In this document: one piece after another, positions 47,801-58,485 of the stretch
Numbering within the stretch: position 1 is the stretch's first letter
How the letters are laid out: every line of letters starts with the position of its first letter
From: Salisapilia sapeloensis CBS 127946
Taxonomy: Eukaryota; Protista; Oomycota
Length of the DNA: 64,000 bases
NCBI GenBank assembly: GCA_023334545.1
Contig: JAADVB010000035.1
Span: 42,086 to 106,085, forward strand
Direction: 5' to 3'
Notes under the pieces: model-generated
Database searches by the model: none
What the model was told of the DNA's origin: nothing
Seen by the model: only the letters and a program-made list of their open reading frames with translations
Program-made: the position numbers and the translations under genes

Positions 47801-49760
47801 ATTTTTGATGCGGTGAGCGTTCATCAAAGTACCACAGTCGTGCCTTCTCCAATTGCTTCGTCAAGAGTAGAGCTTTGCATGCTGCTCGCACAAGGCTCTC
47901 TGGTGTGCTTAATTGACTCAAGAGCACTTCTTCACCTGTCTTCATCGATCCACCTGTCGTCGTATCTACTCGAGCGAGGCGTAGGATGAGTGGAAAGAGC
48001 TCCAGTTGATTCATATCGTTTGAACTCGGAACAATCCATCGCGCTAGCTCAGGTCCGCCAGTGTACCACGTATGCAGGACCTGGTATACAGACGATGGAA
48101 CGACACAAAAGTCACGTGCTAGTACTAGTTTATCTCGCAGGCGCCTACTACCGCTTTGCTTTAACAGATCCCAATTCGAGATCGGACCTGGACGTCGAGA
48201 AGCATATGAAGGTTGAGGTTGGTGCTGGGACATTGGACTGGATGGGTCGTGAGGAGACGGCATGGCAGCAGCGAGGAAGTTGGCGTTATGAGGAAGGTGT
48301 GGCAGAGGCAAGAAGCCTCGAGGTGTGCCGTTGAGAGGATCCATACCGACGTAGTGGCACCATCGTTTCCACCAGACGGCTCCGACCAAGTTCCATCGAT
48401 CGCCGACGGAAAATGACTTTGTCGATTGACCCCACTGCCACTCGACGATCCGACGCTCAACGGACGGCGACTCTGGTTTGATACCAAAGAGCACGCAAGT
48501 TGCAAAGGCGAGCTGATGGAGGATCTGCTGGACAGTCACCGAGTTGGCCGCCCACTCCATAAACGTCTTCTTGTCCCATGCATGCGCTTGGAAGCTTTTC
48601 TCGATGCTAGCAGCTTCTTCTGCTAAGCGCTCTTTGACGTTGTCTTCATAGTCACATGATAGTGCGACGAGGACGATTTGTTTCATAGCATCAAACGATA
48701 GACCGTTCGAGTCTTGATAGAGTTCGTACAAGTGCTTACATCGCTCTTCCCACGTTCCTTTGCAAAAGTCCGATAGCAGCTGACAGAATTCATCAAAGAG
48801 AATAAAGTTCCTACGTGTCCTACTCCCACTCTCTGACTCGACTTCATTCTCTGAGCTTAATTGATCGCAGAAATGCTGGAGAAAGGAACGTGGAAACCGG
48901 TTGTCGGCCATCGCAGCGACCATGACATTCGATGCCACGCGGTCGCCTCCACCTCCTTGAGCGTCGAAGAGCTGGTGAAAGTGCCTTTCGATGATCGCCA
49001 CTTCATTTTGAGAGAACTTGGTCTTGTCTGCTATGCGATTGCGAATGACTACTGGGTTATAAGACCGTTCTAACGCTGCAATATCCGCGTCTTCCTCTTG
49101 TCCGACTGCGATCGCTAGTTTCTGTAGCCAGTCCACGAGTGGTTTGCTTCCCGTCGCTTCATCTCGCAAGCCAGCGATGTCACTAAAGCGCTGTAAGGAG
49201 AGGGTGGGACTCCCTTGGAAGAGTTGATTTAAATAAGCCACAGTCGATGGAGACCTCGCTTGCCTACGACCGTATATAACTTCCATAAACTTTTCTAGAT
49301 GCACGCGAGAGATCTGTCGTTCTCTATCAATGTCATAGATGTCGAATAGAAGCTGCACACGTTCGGCCGATGTGCCTTTCTTTAGTATCGCAAGCGCATG
49401 CAAAATGTCAGGCAGCGTCAGCTCACCATTCTGTTCTACATCAAGGACTTCAAAGAGCCTGTCGGAAAGCGAGTGTGGAATCATCGTAAAAGCTCCAAGC
49501 ACTTTGCTCCGGAACACCTTCTTCGTGATCCCCAGCGGCTGTCGTGCATTGTGTTTCCCACTCGAGGCTGTATTCGAGGCTTCTGCTCTTGTCACACGTC
49601 GGAATCCATCCGTATAGCGTTGTATATCGGCGGGGGTCAGTCGCGAGATCAATTCGTCATGTGGGAAGGCTCCGGATGGCGTATTCACAGGCGACTGTGA
49701 CGCATGAGATGTCTGTCGCTGCGTGCCTGTAGACCCAGATCCACCCACCACATTACCCAT
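44865..49760 (-). CDS. USP32: EF-hand + DUSP + USP deubiquitinase (USP32-like), intronless, 1631 aa
   Basis: MGN N-terminus (myristoylation-like), EF hands (DVEQNGELT, DIDRERQIS), DUSP (WWKRW, PGPISN), Cys box GLDNLGNTCYMSSALQC, QHDSQEFL, His box YDLYGVVNHVGALGGGHY. Confidence 0.92.
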   Translation of the reverse strand: MGNVVGGSGSTGTQRQTSHASQSPVNTPSGAFPHDELISRLTPADIQRYTDGFRRVTRAEASNTASSGKHNARQPLGITKKVFRSKVLGAFTMIPHSLSDRLFEVLDVEQNGELTLPDILHALAILKKGTSAERVQLLFDIYDIDRERQISRVHLEKFMEVIYGRRQARSPSTVAYLNQLFQGSPTLSLQRFSDIAGLRDEATGSKPLVDWLQKLAIAVGQEEDADIAALERSYNPVVIRNRIADKTKFSQNEVAIIERHFHQLFDAQGGGGDRVASNVMVAAMADNRFPRSFLQHFCDQLSSENEVESESGSRTRRNFILFDEFCQLLSDFCKGTWEERCKHLYELYQDSNGLSFDAMKQIVLVALSCDYEDNVKERLAEEAASIEKSFQAHAWDKKTFMEWAANSVTVQQILHQLAFATCVLFGIKPESPSVERRIVEWQWGQSTKSFSVGDRWNLVGAVWWKRWCHYVGMDPLNGTPRGFLPLPHLPHNANFLAAAMPSPHDPSSPMSQHQPQPSYASRRPGPISNWDLLKQSGSRRLRDKLVLARDFCVVPSSVYQVLHTWYTGGPELARWIVPSSNDMNQLELFPLILRLARVDTTTGGSMKTGEEVLLSQLSTPESLVRAACKALLLTKQLEKARLWYFDERSPHQKFRLPETHQSDLRQLTQDSVLLLELQDNDGSWPLSHTETRLLSDSKSTSRDQSGVYREQSISPSDKGRQAPARTSELCARGNGDSARLSDGSTSASSTSEASIIESERIAAVGTVKKRFQKDAFTGDGLVGLDNLGNTCYMSSALQCLSHTKPLVSYFRNEAYLNDINVHSKHGARGRLAVAFGELLRVLWTPGRKHVAPSEFKKVLSRFNTQFVGADQHDSQEFLASLLDGLSEDLNRIVKKPYTEQPDSDGRSDAVVADEWWRAHLAREMSVIVALFTGQYKSLLECSVCRYESARFEPFSFLQLSLPESHHRTITMTVIFHSGRVPLRYSVRVRNEDTVQELLDQVAPVLEKDGQFVDNCRDHAILAIVSPLHIVECLLNPNTPLTQVQERDQLTVFQLDLLSDVKKTVSELMNASAEEREERVDSEKDVEETYEIQSDTLEEDSGVSTQSTFAPLDLSNDDSQPQVDGADKKQVSTAPELLLPYGSSVSVRMDRSRELMPARVIGSNADSRMVDVAFHSGLRRYNIPKAKIVERTEDEALVYLVHRRVEKSMNAFTNIHITRCFGTPLVLRISLANTTTYELYWMVWKRLRRIFNWQKPPSPQELDDTTDVDLRPDKLRTHVADLALGRHLNITKFGFCLRRVTSHGVGCSRCEWLDGCLGCLVVPSVREKLNLAADETLAMDWDNRTLKEEYDPVQAAKMDEDKSVQEYRHQDSQPLNLRHCLDIFTAKEEIPEAFCGRCKTLRPASKTMELWRLPPVLVIQLKRFCYTQVSRRKLHHVVDFPLKGLRLEDFVAKSRGPRQMNECGVVYWQFLGGKLVEEEKSQDVDAEYARQEEEDLMAQISPNAHLDPNTIAASEANADDPSFAYDLYGVVNHVGALGGGHYFAYVLNEQDGQWKCFNDHQCKNIDAKEVVSSTAYILFYRRRDTQNVPIEHLYPPSNHMPRSLSGRENGKADVEELMEESRSAGGSSCTVS

Positions 49761-50056
49761 GCTCCTGAACCAACTATAGCTGCAATAGGACGCGTAGAAA
49801 GCTGTCGGAAGCGACTTGCTACTGCGATTAGATCGACTGCGTATGACGTAGGATACGACGTTCTAACGCTTCTCATTGAAATAACTGATAGCCTCTACTA
49901 CAAGTCTTTCTGTCCAAAGTGTACGGACACTTTAAGTTAAAAAAATAGTATGTTGTCCCATGTTAAGTGAACGACGACGACCTCCAAGCGAATGCTTTCA
50001 AACCACACACCAGTCGACGAGATACTCGTGTCCTCCGTTTAACACGTGCGACTAGT

Positions 50057-51742
50057 ATGTTGCGAAGAGTAGCTGGGTCTCATCGACAGACCCTCTGGCG
50101 GTCACTCGTGGCTCCGTCGGCTCAAGACATTTCTGGACTCGGTCGTCAGCATGCTTTCCAGAGACCATTCACAGCCTTGCAATCGCATGCAGCTATATTC
50201 AATGCGACTACTAGTTCCTCGTTGCTAGGCTCCAAGCGGTTCAAGTCACAGACTGCTAGTCAGACTTTCATTGAAGTGGAAGCATTTGAAGAGGAAGAGG
50301 ATGAATATGGACAGCCAAAGACATCGACGAATAGTCGATGGAGTATATCGAAAGCTGATCAGGAGGAAGAGTACCTCGATATGTTCGTCGGGGACTCGGA
50401 TCATGATGTAAAGTCAGCTAGATATCTACACAAAGAGCTGCAGAGGACGGATGGATATGGCTTGAGTGTCGCATTGGCGTCTGCTGTCATTGAAAGCTTG
50501 GCTCTACGAGGGTACGTAAAAGAAGGCTTAGATATGCTCCGTTTCTCTCGTGAAAAGGGCGTGCGTCCTCGTATCCACGCCTACTCGTCTGTCATTGGCA
50601 GTTGCTACAGCAATCAAGAGTACGTATCAGCTCTCAAGGTCTTCGAAGTCATGCGAAACGATCGCTACGTTCCGAAACTCGTCACGTACTCTCACGCCAT
50701 GACGTCTGCATTAAAATCTCGTAAGCACGCGCTTGTGCTTGAAATCTTTGACGACTTGCTTCGTAATCGTTTAGATCCGACGATCATCATCTACAACAAC
50801 GTCTTGAACAGTTGTGCTCGCAACGCTGACGTCCATACAGCGCAAGGCATACTCGAAACAATTCGTGAGAGGGGGATCGAGATGTCTCAGAGCACCTATC
50901 ACTCCATCGTCATCTGTGCAGGCAAGACAGGTCGCGTCGACTTGGCGTTCGATATGCTCCGGAGCTCGGAGAAAGTTGGCTTCAAGCCCACGATGACCAT
51001 GTACAACTCTGTCTTGGCAGCATGTGCCAAAGGCAAGCGTTGGAAGCACGTCGTCAACGTGTTTGAAGAGATGCCAGAGCAGATGCAGTATGACATCCAT
51101 GGACAGTACCTAGGGGCTGTTATCATGGGGTATTCAAAAGCAGAGGATGAGAAGGATAAGAGGAAAGCGGTCAGTCTGTTCTTTGAGCACAAGCGACGAG
51201 ATGCTACGATGAACTTCTTCTCGCACAATGCGCTCTTGATGGCGTACTTGAATCTTGGCGAATTGGAAAGCGTCCATCAGTTTGCCAACGAGATGAAGAA
51301 GAAGGGACTCGAGTGGGATACACTCACTTATCAGACGGTGACACTCGCCTACATCCGTGGCGGTGCAGTTGACACAGCGGAGCAGATGCTGCATAAGAAT
51401 GCAAAACACATGAACACGAGTACGTGGCCGTATCGTGAGTTAATTCGGCATCATGCAGAAGTACGACAGGATATGAAGAAAGCTTGCACGTTGACGATGC
51501 AGATGATGTACGTCAATCCTCGTTTAAGTCGCTTGGATTGGCACAACGCATTGGGTCATGCGTTGAAACTGAACGACTTGGCGATCTATTGGAACTTCCG
51601 CAAGTGGATGCAGATCCGAGCGCCTTTGATAGAAGACGAGGTTCCGAAAGAGCTCATGCTGCCGAAAACCCATCCGAGCTACATGCGTCATGGGAAGAAT
51701 TCATCTCACAAGTCAAAGAAGTCGAACAGGAAATCGCACTAG
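50057..51742 (+). CDS. Pentatricopeptide repeat (PPR) protein, probably mitochondrial
   Basis: Tandem ~35-aa repeats (YSSVIGSC, YSHAMTSA, YNNVLNSC, YHSIVICA, YNSVLAAC). The first ATG at 50057 gives a basic presequence-like MLRRVAGSHRQTLWRSL. Confidence 0.9.
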   Translation: MLRRVAGSHRQTLWRSLVAPSAQDISGLGRQHAFQRPFTALQSHAAIFNATTSSSLLGSKRFKSQTASQTFIEVEAFEEEEDEYGQPKTSTNSRWSISKADQEEEYLDMFVGDSDHDVKSARYLHKELQRTDGYGLSVALASAVIESLALRGYVKEGLDMLRFSREKGVRPRIHAYSSVIGSCYSNQEYVSALKVFEVMRNDRYVPKLVTYSHAMTSALKSRKHALVLEIFDDLLRNRLDPTIIIYNNVLNSCARNADVHTAQGILETIRERGIEMSQSTYHSIVICAGKTGRVDLAFDMLRSSEKVGFKPTMTMYNSVLAACAKGKRWKHVVNVFEEMPEQMQYDIHGQYLGAVIMGYSKAEDEKDKRKAVSLFFEHKRRDATMNFFSHNALLMAYLNLGELESVHQFANEMKKKGLEWDTLTYQTVTLAYIRGGAVDTAEQMLHKNAKHMNTSTWPYRELIRHHAEVRQDMKKACTLTMQMMYVNPRLSRLDWHNALGHALKLNDLAIYWNFRKWMQIRAPLIEDEVPKELMLPKTHPSYMRHGKNSSHKSKKSNRKSH

Positions 51743-51861
51743 ATGTAGTATGCCTCTGGATTGTTCGTTTGTATGGTCCAGCGGACGGATTGAGACGTTA
51801 ATCCAACGTACTTTGGACACTTTTCCTTCACCTTGCTTGCCTTACCTACTTTTTATCGACT

Positions 51862-53529
51862 CTAGTCCTCCGCGCTCGTTCGGTTCCCAACGGCACGAGC
51901 TTTCGGGCCCCAATTCGGCTCTGGATTATGCGGGAAGCGTAGTGCCTTTGGTTTTTCATCTAGCGTCGGCTTCCGGAAGGAAAAGTCGGCTTCGAGCTTG
52001 GGTTCCTTCGACAGGATACGAGGACCAGCACCACGTTCCTGCTGTCGCTTGGCATTCACAGGGTGCTTCTTCACCCAGCATCGCAAGATGTCCCACACGA
52101 CTTCGTTCGGAGCGTCCGTCTTGATCGCATCCGGCACCTTGTGCGTCTGGGACGCCTTGTACCCAGCGTTACGTAGTGCTGCCTGCATCTGCGCCATCTT
52201 CATGTTGCCACAGTGCAGCGTCTTGGTCATAGATGGAAGCGTGTAGTGGAGAGGAGCATCCTCCACCTCTTCCGAGATGGTGGTCAGCAAGCCATGCAGG
52301 CGGTCCTTGGTAGGGAACTGACCCTCAGAGCTTTCGACACGATCGCGAATGCGATTCACGACTTCTCGGTTGTGGATTGGAGCAGACCAGATCGGACCAG
52401 CGAGCTTATGTTTACCACCACAGTCATCGCATAGCTCGTTCACGACAGGTCCACGAGCTGCGTGGAACGTGTTTCCAGACGCGACGCCTAACGGCTGGAG
52501 ACGGAAACTGTCGCATTGGACGCATTGGAAAACGTACGAGAGCTTCGTCATCGCTTGCTTGACGTTCACGGGCGACTTGAACACTCGAACAAAGACACGG
52601 ACGTAGAAATCAATGCTGCATGAGGCAATGGGCACAATGTGTCTTTGGTACCTGTTCGCAGATGACTCGATACTTTGTAGAACGATACGGAGGGCCATCT
52701 CGTGTAGGTACGAAGCCTTGTTCGGCATCGAACCGTAGCGAGAGAAGCACGTTTCAGGGCTTTTGCCGGACAGGACAGCCATGTCCGTGCATGTGACACA
52801 GAGGAGACCTCCATTCGATACGCTCTGGACAGCACTATCGAGGAACATGGAGGCAGAGCCATATGGGTCCAAGTCGATCACATCGAACTGCTCCTGTGGC
52901 TTGCGGTGGTTGTACATGACGTTCGTGGCGTCGTCTTCGTTGGCAATCACACGGTCAGATGGAAGCTCATTAAATTCGACGTTGCGCTTGATCGACTCGA
53001 CAGCCGCCGGGTCCATGTCGTTGACGAGAATGGACTTGACACCAGGAATTTGCTGATAGTATCGAACAGAGCGTAGTCCAGATGCAGCTAACGCTTCGAA
53101 TATCTTGATACCATCCTCCTCAGCATTCTCTTGAATCTTGTGGTCAATCTCAGCGTCTGAAAACTCCTTTGGAACGTACGTTTGGTCGCCATCAGCCTGT
53201 TGTTCCGATGCATGACGCTTCTTTTCAGCACGCTGGAGCTTCTCACGGCAGCGCATACGGACAAATTCAGAGATCACTGAGATCGATAGATCCCGATTGA
53301 GCGTCTGCACGTTGTTGTAGAAGACCTTGTTCTTTTCCGGGAAGATCATGACGCCATTACCCTCTCGAATGAGCTTATAACCTTCCGGTGCTGGCTTGGC
53401 TTGCAATTTTTCAGCCAATTCAGATTGATTCGACATTTTTGCAACTTGAAAAGTGTAGATCGAGACCTGTCGTTTCAGATGATGTGGTAAACGAGTGGAA
53501 AGATGCAATGAAGAAGGCACTAAGCGCAT
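51862..53529 (-). CDS. TRM1: tRNA (guanine26-N2) dimethyltransferase Trm1
   Basis: VFYNNVQTLNRDLSI, EALAASGLRSVRY, FDVIDLDPYGS, GLLCVTCTDMAVL, GPIWSAP, NPEPNWGPK; a second in-frame ATG lies at 53436. Confidence 0.96.
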   Translation of the reverse strand: MRLVPSSLHLSTRLPHHLKRQVSIYTFQVAKMSNQSELAEKLQAKPAPEGYKLIREGNGVMIFPEKNKVFYNNVQTLNRDLSISVISEFVRMRCREKLQRAEKKRHASEQQADGDQTYVPKEFSDAEIDHKIQENAEEDGIKIFEALAASGLRSVRYYQQIPGVKSILVNDMDPAAVESIKRNVEFNELPSDRVIANEDDATNVMYNHRKPQEQFDVIDLDPYGSASMFLDSAVQSVSNGGLLCVTCTDMAVLSGKSPETCFSRYGSMPNKASYLHEMALRIVLQSIESSANRYQRHIVPIASCSIDFYVRVFVRVFKSPVNVKQAMTKLSYVFQCVQCDSFRLQPLGVASGNTFHAARGPVVNELCDDCGGKHKLAGPIWSAPIHNREVVNRIRDRVESSEGQFPTKDRLHGLLTTISEEVEDAPLHYTLPSMTKTLHCGNMKMAQMQAALRNAGYKASQTHKVPDAIKTDAPNEVVWDILRCWVKKHPVNAKRQQERGAGPRILSKEPKLEADFSFRKPTLDEKPKALRFPHNPEPNWGPKARAVGNRTSAED

Positions 53530-53780
53530 GCAAGTGGCACGTCCTCAACCTGGCGAAGGCGTAATTGGGATTATTGGTTTGGAATTCCTTTCTTATCATT
53601 GGATAAAATAGTGTCGAATCACTACACGTCTTGTTAAATTATATATATTCGTTACGTGTCTTAATAAATTGGTGTATGACTACCATAACACGAATACCAA
53701 GAAACGAGGAAAGGAAGAGCTGAGACTACGTCTATCTCCACTGACAAGGTCTTGAAGGAATAAAGGATAGCTAAAGTTGA

Positions 53781-56700
53781 ATGGATGGAAAATCTAAATC
53801 GAATGGGAGATCCGGGTCTAAACGAGGTATGCTATATGCGAAATATGAACGGCGTATCGGCTTCGAAACATCTCGAAATCTTTATCCTTTTTATTGCTCT
53901 TGATGCTTAATAATGGACATTTCATTCTAATTTATGTTTATGAACTAGGGGGTAGAAGTGGTCGAGGTCGAGGGGATGACCAGAAAGCTTCACATCGACG
54001 AGTAGAGCGAAATGTAGCTTCTACGGCAGATGAGAATGTCGTGAAACCTGGAGCTCCAAAGCAAAAGGAAGATGCAAAACCTTTTGTTTCGTCATTGCAA
54101 AGGTCTTTGCAGAAGAATAAAGCCAACGCTGCTTCTGGAAAGCAAGCTACCGACAATGAACAAGCTTCTCAGCCGACGGTCAAGCGGCAAATCTCCTTGT
54201 CGGATGTAAAAAGTGGCGAGGAGAATGTAAAGCCGTTTAAATCAAGTTTAGCCAAATCGGTTGCAAAAGGGAATGACACGACTTCCAATCGGCAGGGCAA
54301 GTCGCAACGTTCGAATGACAAGAAGAACGGAGGTCGTGGACAGCGTCAGAACAAGCCGGATCGATCCCAATCTCGACAGCGGAAGAATAGCACTGAAAGC
54401 GTAAACTCACAACGCTCTGAGCAAGACCGCGGAGGTCGATGGGACCGTCGTAACGGTGGCAAACGGGAGGATGCTTCTCGATCTACCTCGAGGCAGAGAT
54501 CGATGACGAGGAAGGACAGTACGGATAGCGTGCATGCGCAAAGGTCCGAGTACGATCGTATGCCACGTTGGGACAATGGAAAGAGTCGACAGGACGGCTC
54601 GAGGTCTCGATCTCGTCAGCGATCCATGAAGCGTCGAGACAGTTCCGAGAGTATATCGTCCCAAGTCTCGGAGCAGGATCAAGGAGGGAATCGACGATGG
54701 GGTCGACGCGGAGGTAGAGGCCAGGAGTCTTTAGACGCCCGGCGATTAGACACTGAACGCTCTAGTCTTGGACGCTTTGCAGATGAGAATAAAAGTGGAC
54801 GTGGAGGCGTCGTTGGTCGATGGACGAACGCTGGAAGAGGTGAAAATACGCCACCTGCTGGTTCATCTCTTCTTCGCTCAGCTGCGAGCTCCCAAGACGT
54901 TCGGTATAGTCAAGGAGGAGGGATGTTGTCTCGATCACGGACGGAAGGAGGGTCTGCCATGCCGCCCACGAGACCTCCTACGGCCCATAAGACTGCTAGT
55001 ATGCAGGATATTCGAGTAGACAGTGGGAGTACGAAACCATTTGCATCGTCTCTTCAAAAGTCGTTAAACGGACAGACATCGGATGCGTCTTCTGCTGAAG
55101 AACGTCGTCGACAAGCGACGGAACGTCTAAAGCAAGGTGCAATCGCTCGTAACTTGTCGAGTGGCAAGAGTCTTTCCGACATGCTGCATTCGACACCAGA
55201 GTCTACGCCTGTTAAGCCGGAAGAAACGGACAAGGATCGTCGACGGAAAGAGTTTTATGAAAAAGTAGACGCTGCGAACGCCAAGCAAGAGAATGCACAG
55301 CGTGCGACGCCGTTCAAGTCGTCCTTATTAGCATCTTTAAGCTCCTCTCAACCGAAAGAGAAGGCAGCGCCGGTTAAAAAGGTTGAGTATTCCATCCTCG
55401 ACATGCGTAATTTAAAACCTGTCAACGGTGTACGCCCGAGTAACTTACCGGACATGACGATCGTCCGAGTAATTGAAGAGCGTGCACCCGGTTCTCGTCC
55501 CGTTTCCTCTCGTACATCTCGTCTCGCACGTGGTAGCAAGTCGAGCGGACGTCGGAACGACCGGAGTGATGCTCGGAAGCAGACGCAGAACCAGAACAAT
55601 GGTCGCAATCGTAATCGTCAAGGTCAGCGTTCAAAAGGTGGTCGGAATGCTCCTCAGCCACCACTGTTCGATGGTCCGGTGGAGCCTCTGCCGATGAGTG
55701 AGAACCGATGGCAGGGAAAGAAAGCACAATCGACGGAAGAGTCCGTCTTGAGTAGCATCAAGGGCAAGCTGAACAAATTGACGCGTGAGAAGTTTGATAA
55801 GTTGACGCGAGAGATCTGTAGCGTCGAGTTCACCAACTACAAGCTACTAAAGGATGTCGTTGCCGTGATTATGGACAAAGCGCTGGCGGAACCGAACTTT
55901 GCGGATGTCTATGCGGACTTGTGTAAGGCTTTCCACCTTCGTACACGTGGTCGTCAATGGCCGTTCTTAGTGCTAGCAAAGACACAAGGATCAGACGTCT
56001 TTTGGACAGTGAAGAAGGAATCGTATGATGCGTTGAATGGACCGTTCGAGTCGGTAGAAGCATGCTTGACGGATGCACAGAAAAGCAAGAGAGAAGCACA
56101 AGAGATGGTCGAGTACACAGAGGTATCGAACGTCCAGTTCTTTGTTTCGAACGACCAGTTCGTCGTCGTTGGTGTTCGAGATGAAAAGTTCTTTTACTTG
56201 TCACGTCCAAAGTCAGAGCTTAGTGACTCGGAACCTCTTGTCGGGCCCTATAAGACAAAGGACGAGGCGATGCAAAGTGCTGTGGAGACGACTAGCTTCC
56301 AACGATTGCTCGTGACGAGGTGTCAGCAAGAGTTTGAGAAAGCGAATAAACGTGTGAATCAAGAGACGGAAGAAGAAGACGTCGATGCACGTCGAAAAGA
56401 GATTCGAGCGATGCAGACGAAACGTTTGATGCTTGGAAACATTCGATTCATCGCTGAGCTCTACAAGGTCGATATGCTGCATCGCAGTGTCGTCCAAGAC
56501 TGCATGTTCTACCTCTTAGGTCTTGAGTTAGTGCCAGATGAGAAGCAGAAGTCTGGATTCGCAGGACAGACCGTCCGATTTCCAGACGAAGAAGACGTCG
56601 AAGCGTTATGCAAGCTGCTATCCACTGCTGGTAAGAAGTTTGATCAGCCAGAGACGCAGCATGTGATGGAGCTCATCATCCTACGTCTTGTGGAGCTCTC

Positions 56701-58192
56701 GGAAGACAAGAACCTTCCATCAAGAGCTCGATTCCTCGTGAAAGACGTGCTGGAGATGCGTGACCATATGTGGGAGCCTCGACGGAAGGAATTGCAGCAG
56801 AAGACGTTGGAAGAGGTACGTCGAGAAGCACAGAAGCTCCAGCGTCAAGGCAAGAACGCACAACATGACGATTTGGCACGTCGACGTCGTAAGACAAACG
56901 TGACGAGTGCTGAGCTTGCGAAACGATCCAGTAGTCTACTAGTGCATAAGGAGACACCAGTGCAGTTGGATGCGATTCCTGCGGATGAGTTTGTCGAGGA
57001 AGAGGAAGATCGAGAGGAATTTGCTGGTCGGATTAAAAACACGATCCAAGAGTACTTGAGTATCTTGGATCTGGATGAAGCTGCCACTTGTGTCTCGGAG
57101 CTTCCTTCGTCCGAAGTACGTGCCTTGTTCGTGGAAGAAGTGGTGAACGTCGCGTTGGAAGGTAAGACGGAAGAGCGAGAGAATGTGGTCGACTTGCTTG
57201 CTCGATTGTATGAGCGTGGAGTAGTGGATGCACCAACCATCCAGGCGGCACTGCACACTGCACTCGAGTTCCTCGAAGATATGTCGATCGACATTCCGCT
57301 TGTCCATCAGTACTCTGCACTTGTCTTTGGTCGGCTCTTGGCTGCCGGATGCTTCGGCCTTTCGTGGATGGTAACGTCCGGGCTGAACCACGTCATCGAG
57401 TGTGGGCTACTAGCATCCATCTTCCCGGAAGTACTGACGATCTTGGAGAATGAAAGTGACGAGCAGTCGGTTCGGACGATGATTACGGATGAAGAGATTG
57501 ACCCGAAAGTTGTCTTACCAAGCAGCAAAAGGACACAGGAAGCAGTGGACGCATACCTTCGTGAACATGGTATCGAAGACTTTTTCTCGGAAGAAGAAGA
57601 GTTGGATCCAGAAGTCGCTGGCAAGATGCGAAGTACGTTGGTAGAGTACTTGTCCGTGTACGATGAAAACGAAGTCGTTACGTGCGTGCATGAATATGAA
57701 CAATTGACGTCACATGCGTGGCGTCACTTTGTCCACATTGTCGTCATGTACGGTGTGGACAGTAAAGAAGATGTGCGTCGACAGCTCGCACAGCTCGTGG
57801 AAACGCTTGTGCAGGATGAACACGTAAGTGTCGAAGATGTCGAAGTCGCTGTTGCGGCAATGCTCGTGGATTATGAAGACTTGCGTGTGGACATTCCAAA
57901 GATTAGCGTGAATGTCGCGGACTTACTGGCTCCGTTGTTTGCTCGTGGACACTTGTCGATTGCGTGGCTACGGGATGATGGGTGCCACCATCTAATAGAC
58001 TGTGGATATGCAGCTGAAGTGCTGGACGGACTGCTGGATAGATTGGAAGCCTTGATGAATGCAGAAAAGCTGAAAGCGTGGTGGCAGACACAGGATGTCG
58101 TGGCGAATGGAGAACCTGTGTGGGAAGAGCTTAGTAAAGACGAAGGGGTCGTGGATGAACGACTGAGCAAGTGGCAGCAGAAATTGGCATAG
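53781..58192 (+). CDS. EIF4G: Eukaryotic translation initiation factor 4G (MIF4G + two MA3 domains), 2 exons
   Basis: Short exon 1 (ATG 53781, intron ~53827-53949). MIF4G motifs: KLNKLTREKFDKL, DKALAEP.FA.VYADLC, GNIRFIAELYK, VEALCKLL.T.GK, LPSRARFLVKD. Two MA3 domains start IKNTIQEYL and MRSTLVEYL. Confidence 0.95.
54357..54705 (+). repeat. Three ~40-aa coding repeats in the eIF4G N-terminus
   Basis: RSQSRQRKNSTESVNSQRSEQD..RWD / RSTSRQRSMTRKDSTDSVHAQRSEYD..RWD / RSRSRQRSMKRRDSSESISSQVSEQD..RWG. Confidence 0.85.
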
Positions 58193-58485
58193 GTCATGTC
58201 GAGGCATGTGTATGCTATATACCACAACTAGTTCAAGACGGAGAGCTGCCATGCAGTCGTTATCCTTTAGAGGGTAGACACTGCATGAGGATAAAACAAA
58301 AGAAAATCTCTACTTTCCTCCTCTTGATCTTAATAGAATGGTGGATGCTAGACCTGCAGTATACGTGTTACATCGATGGTAGACTGAACGATTTATTGGT
58401 AGCACAGAATTGGATTCAATCAAACTGCTTTTGTTTCATGCTTATCAAAGTCTCGACGATGAAAGGAAGAGTGATACGTTTGTAG

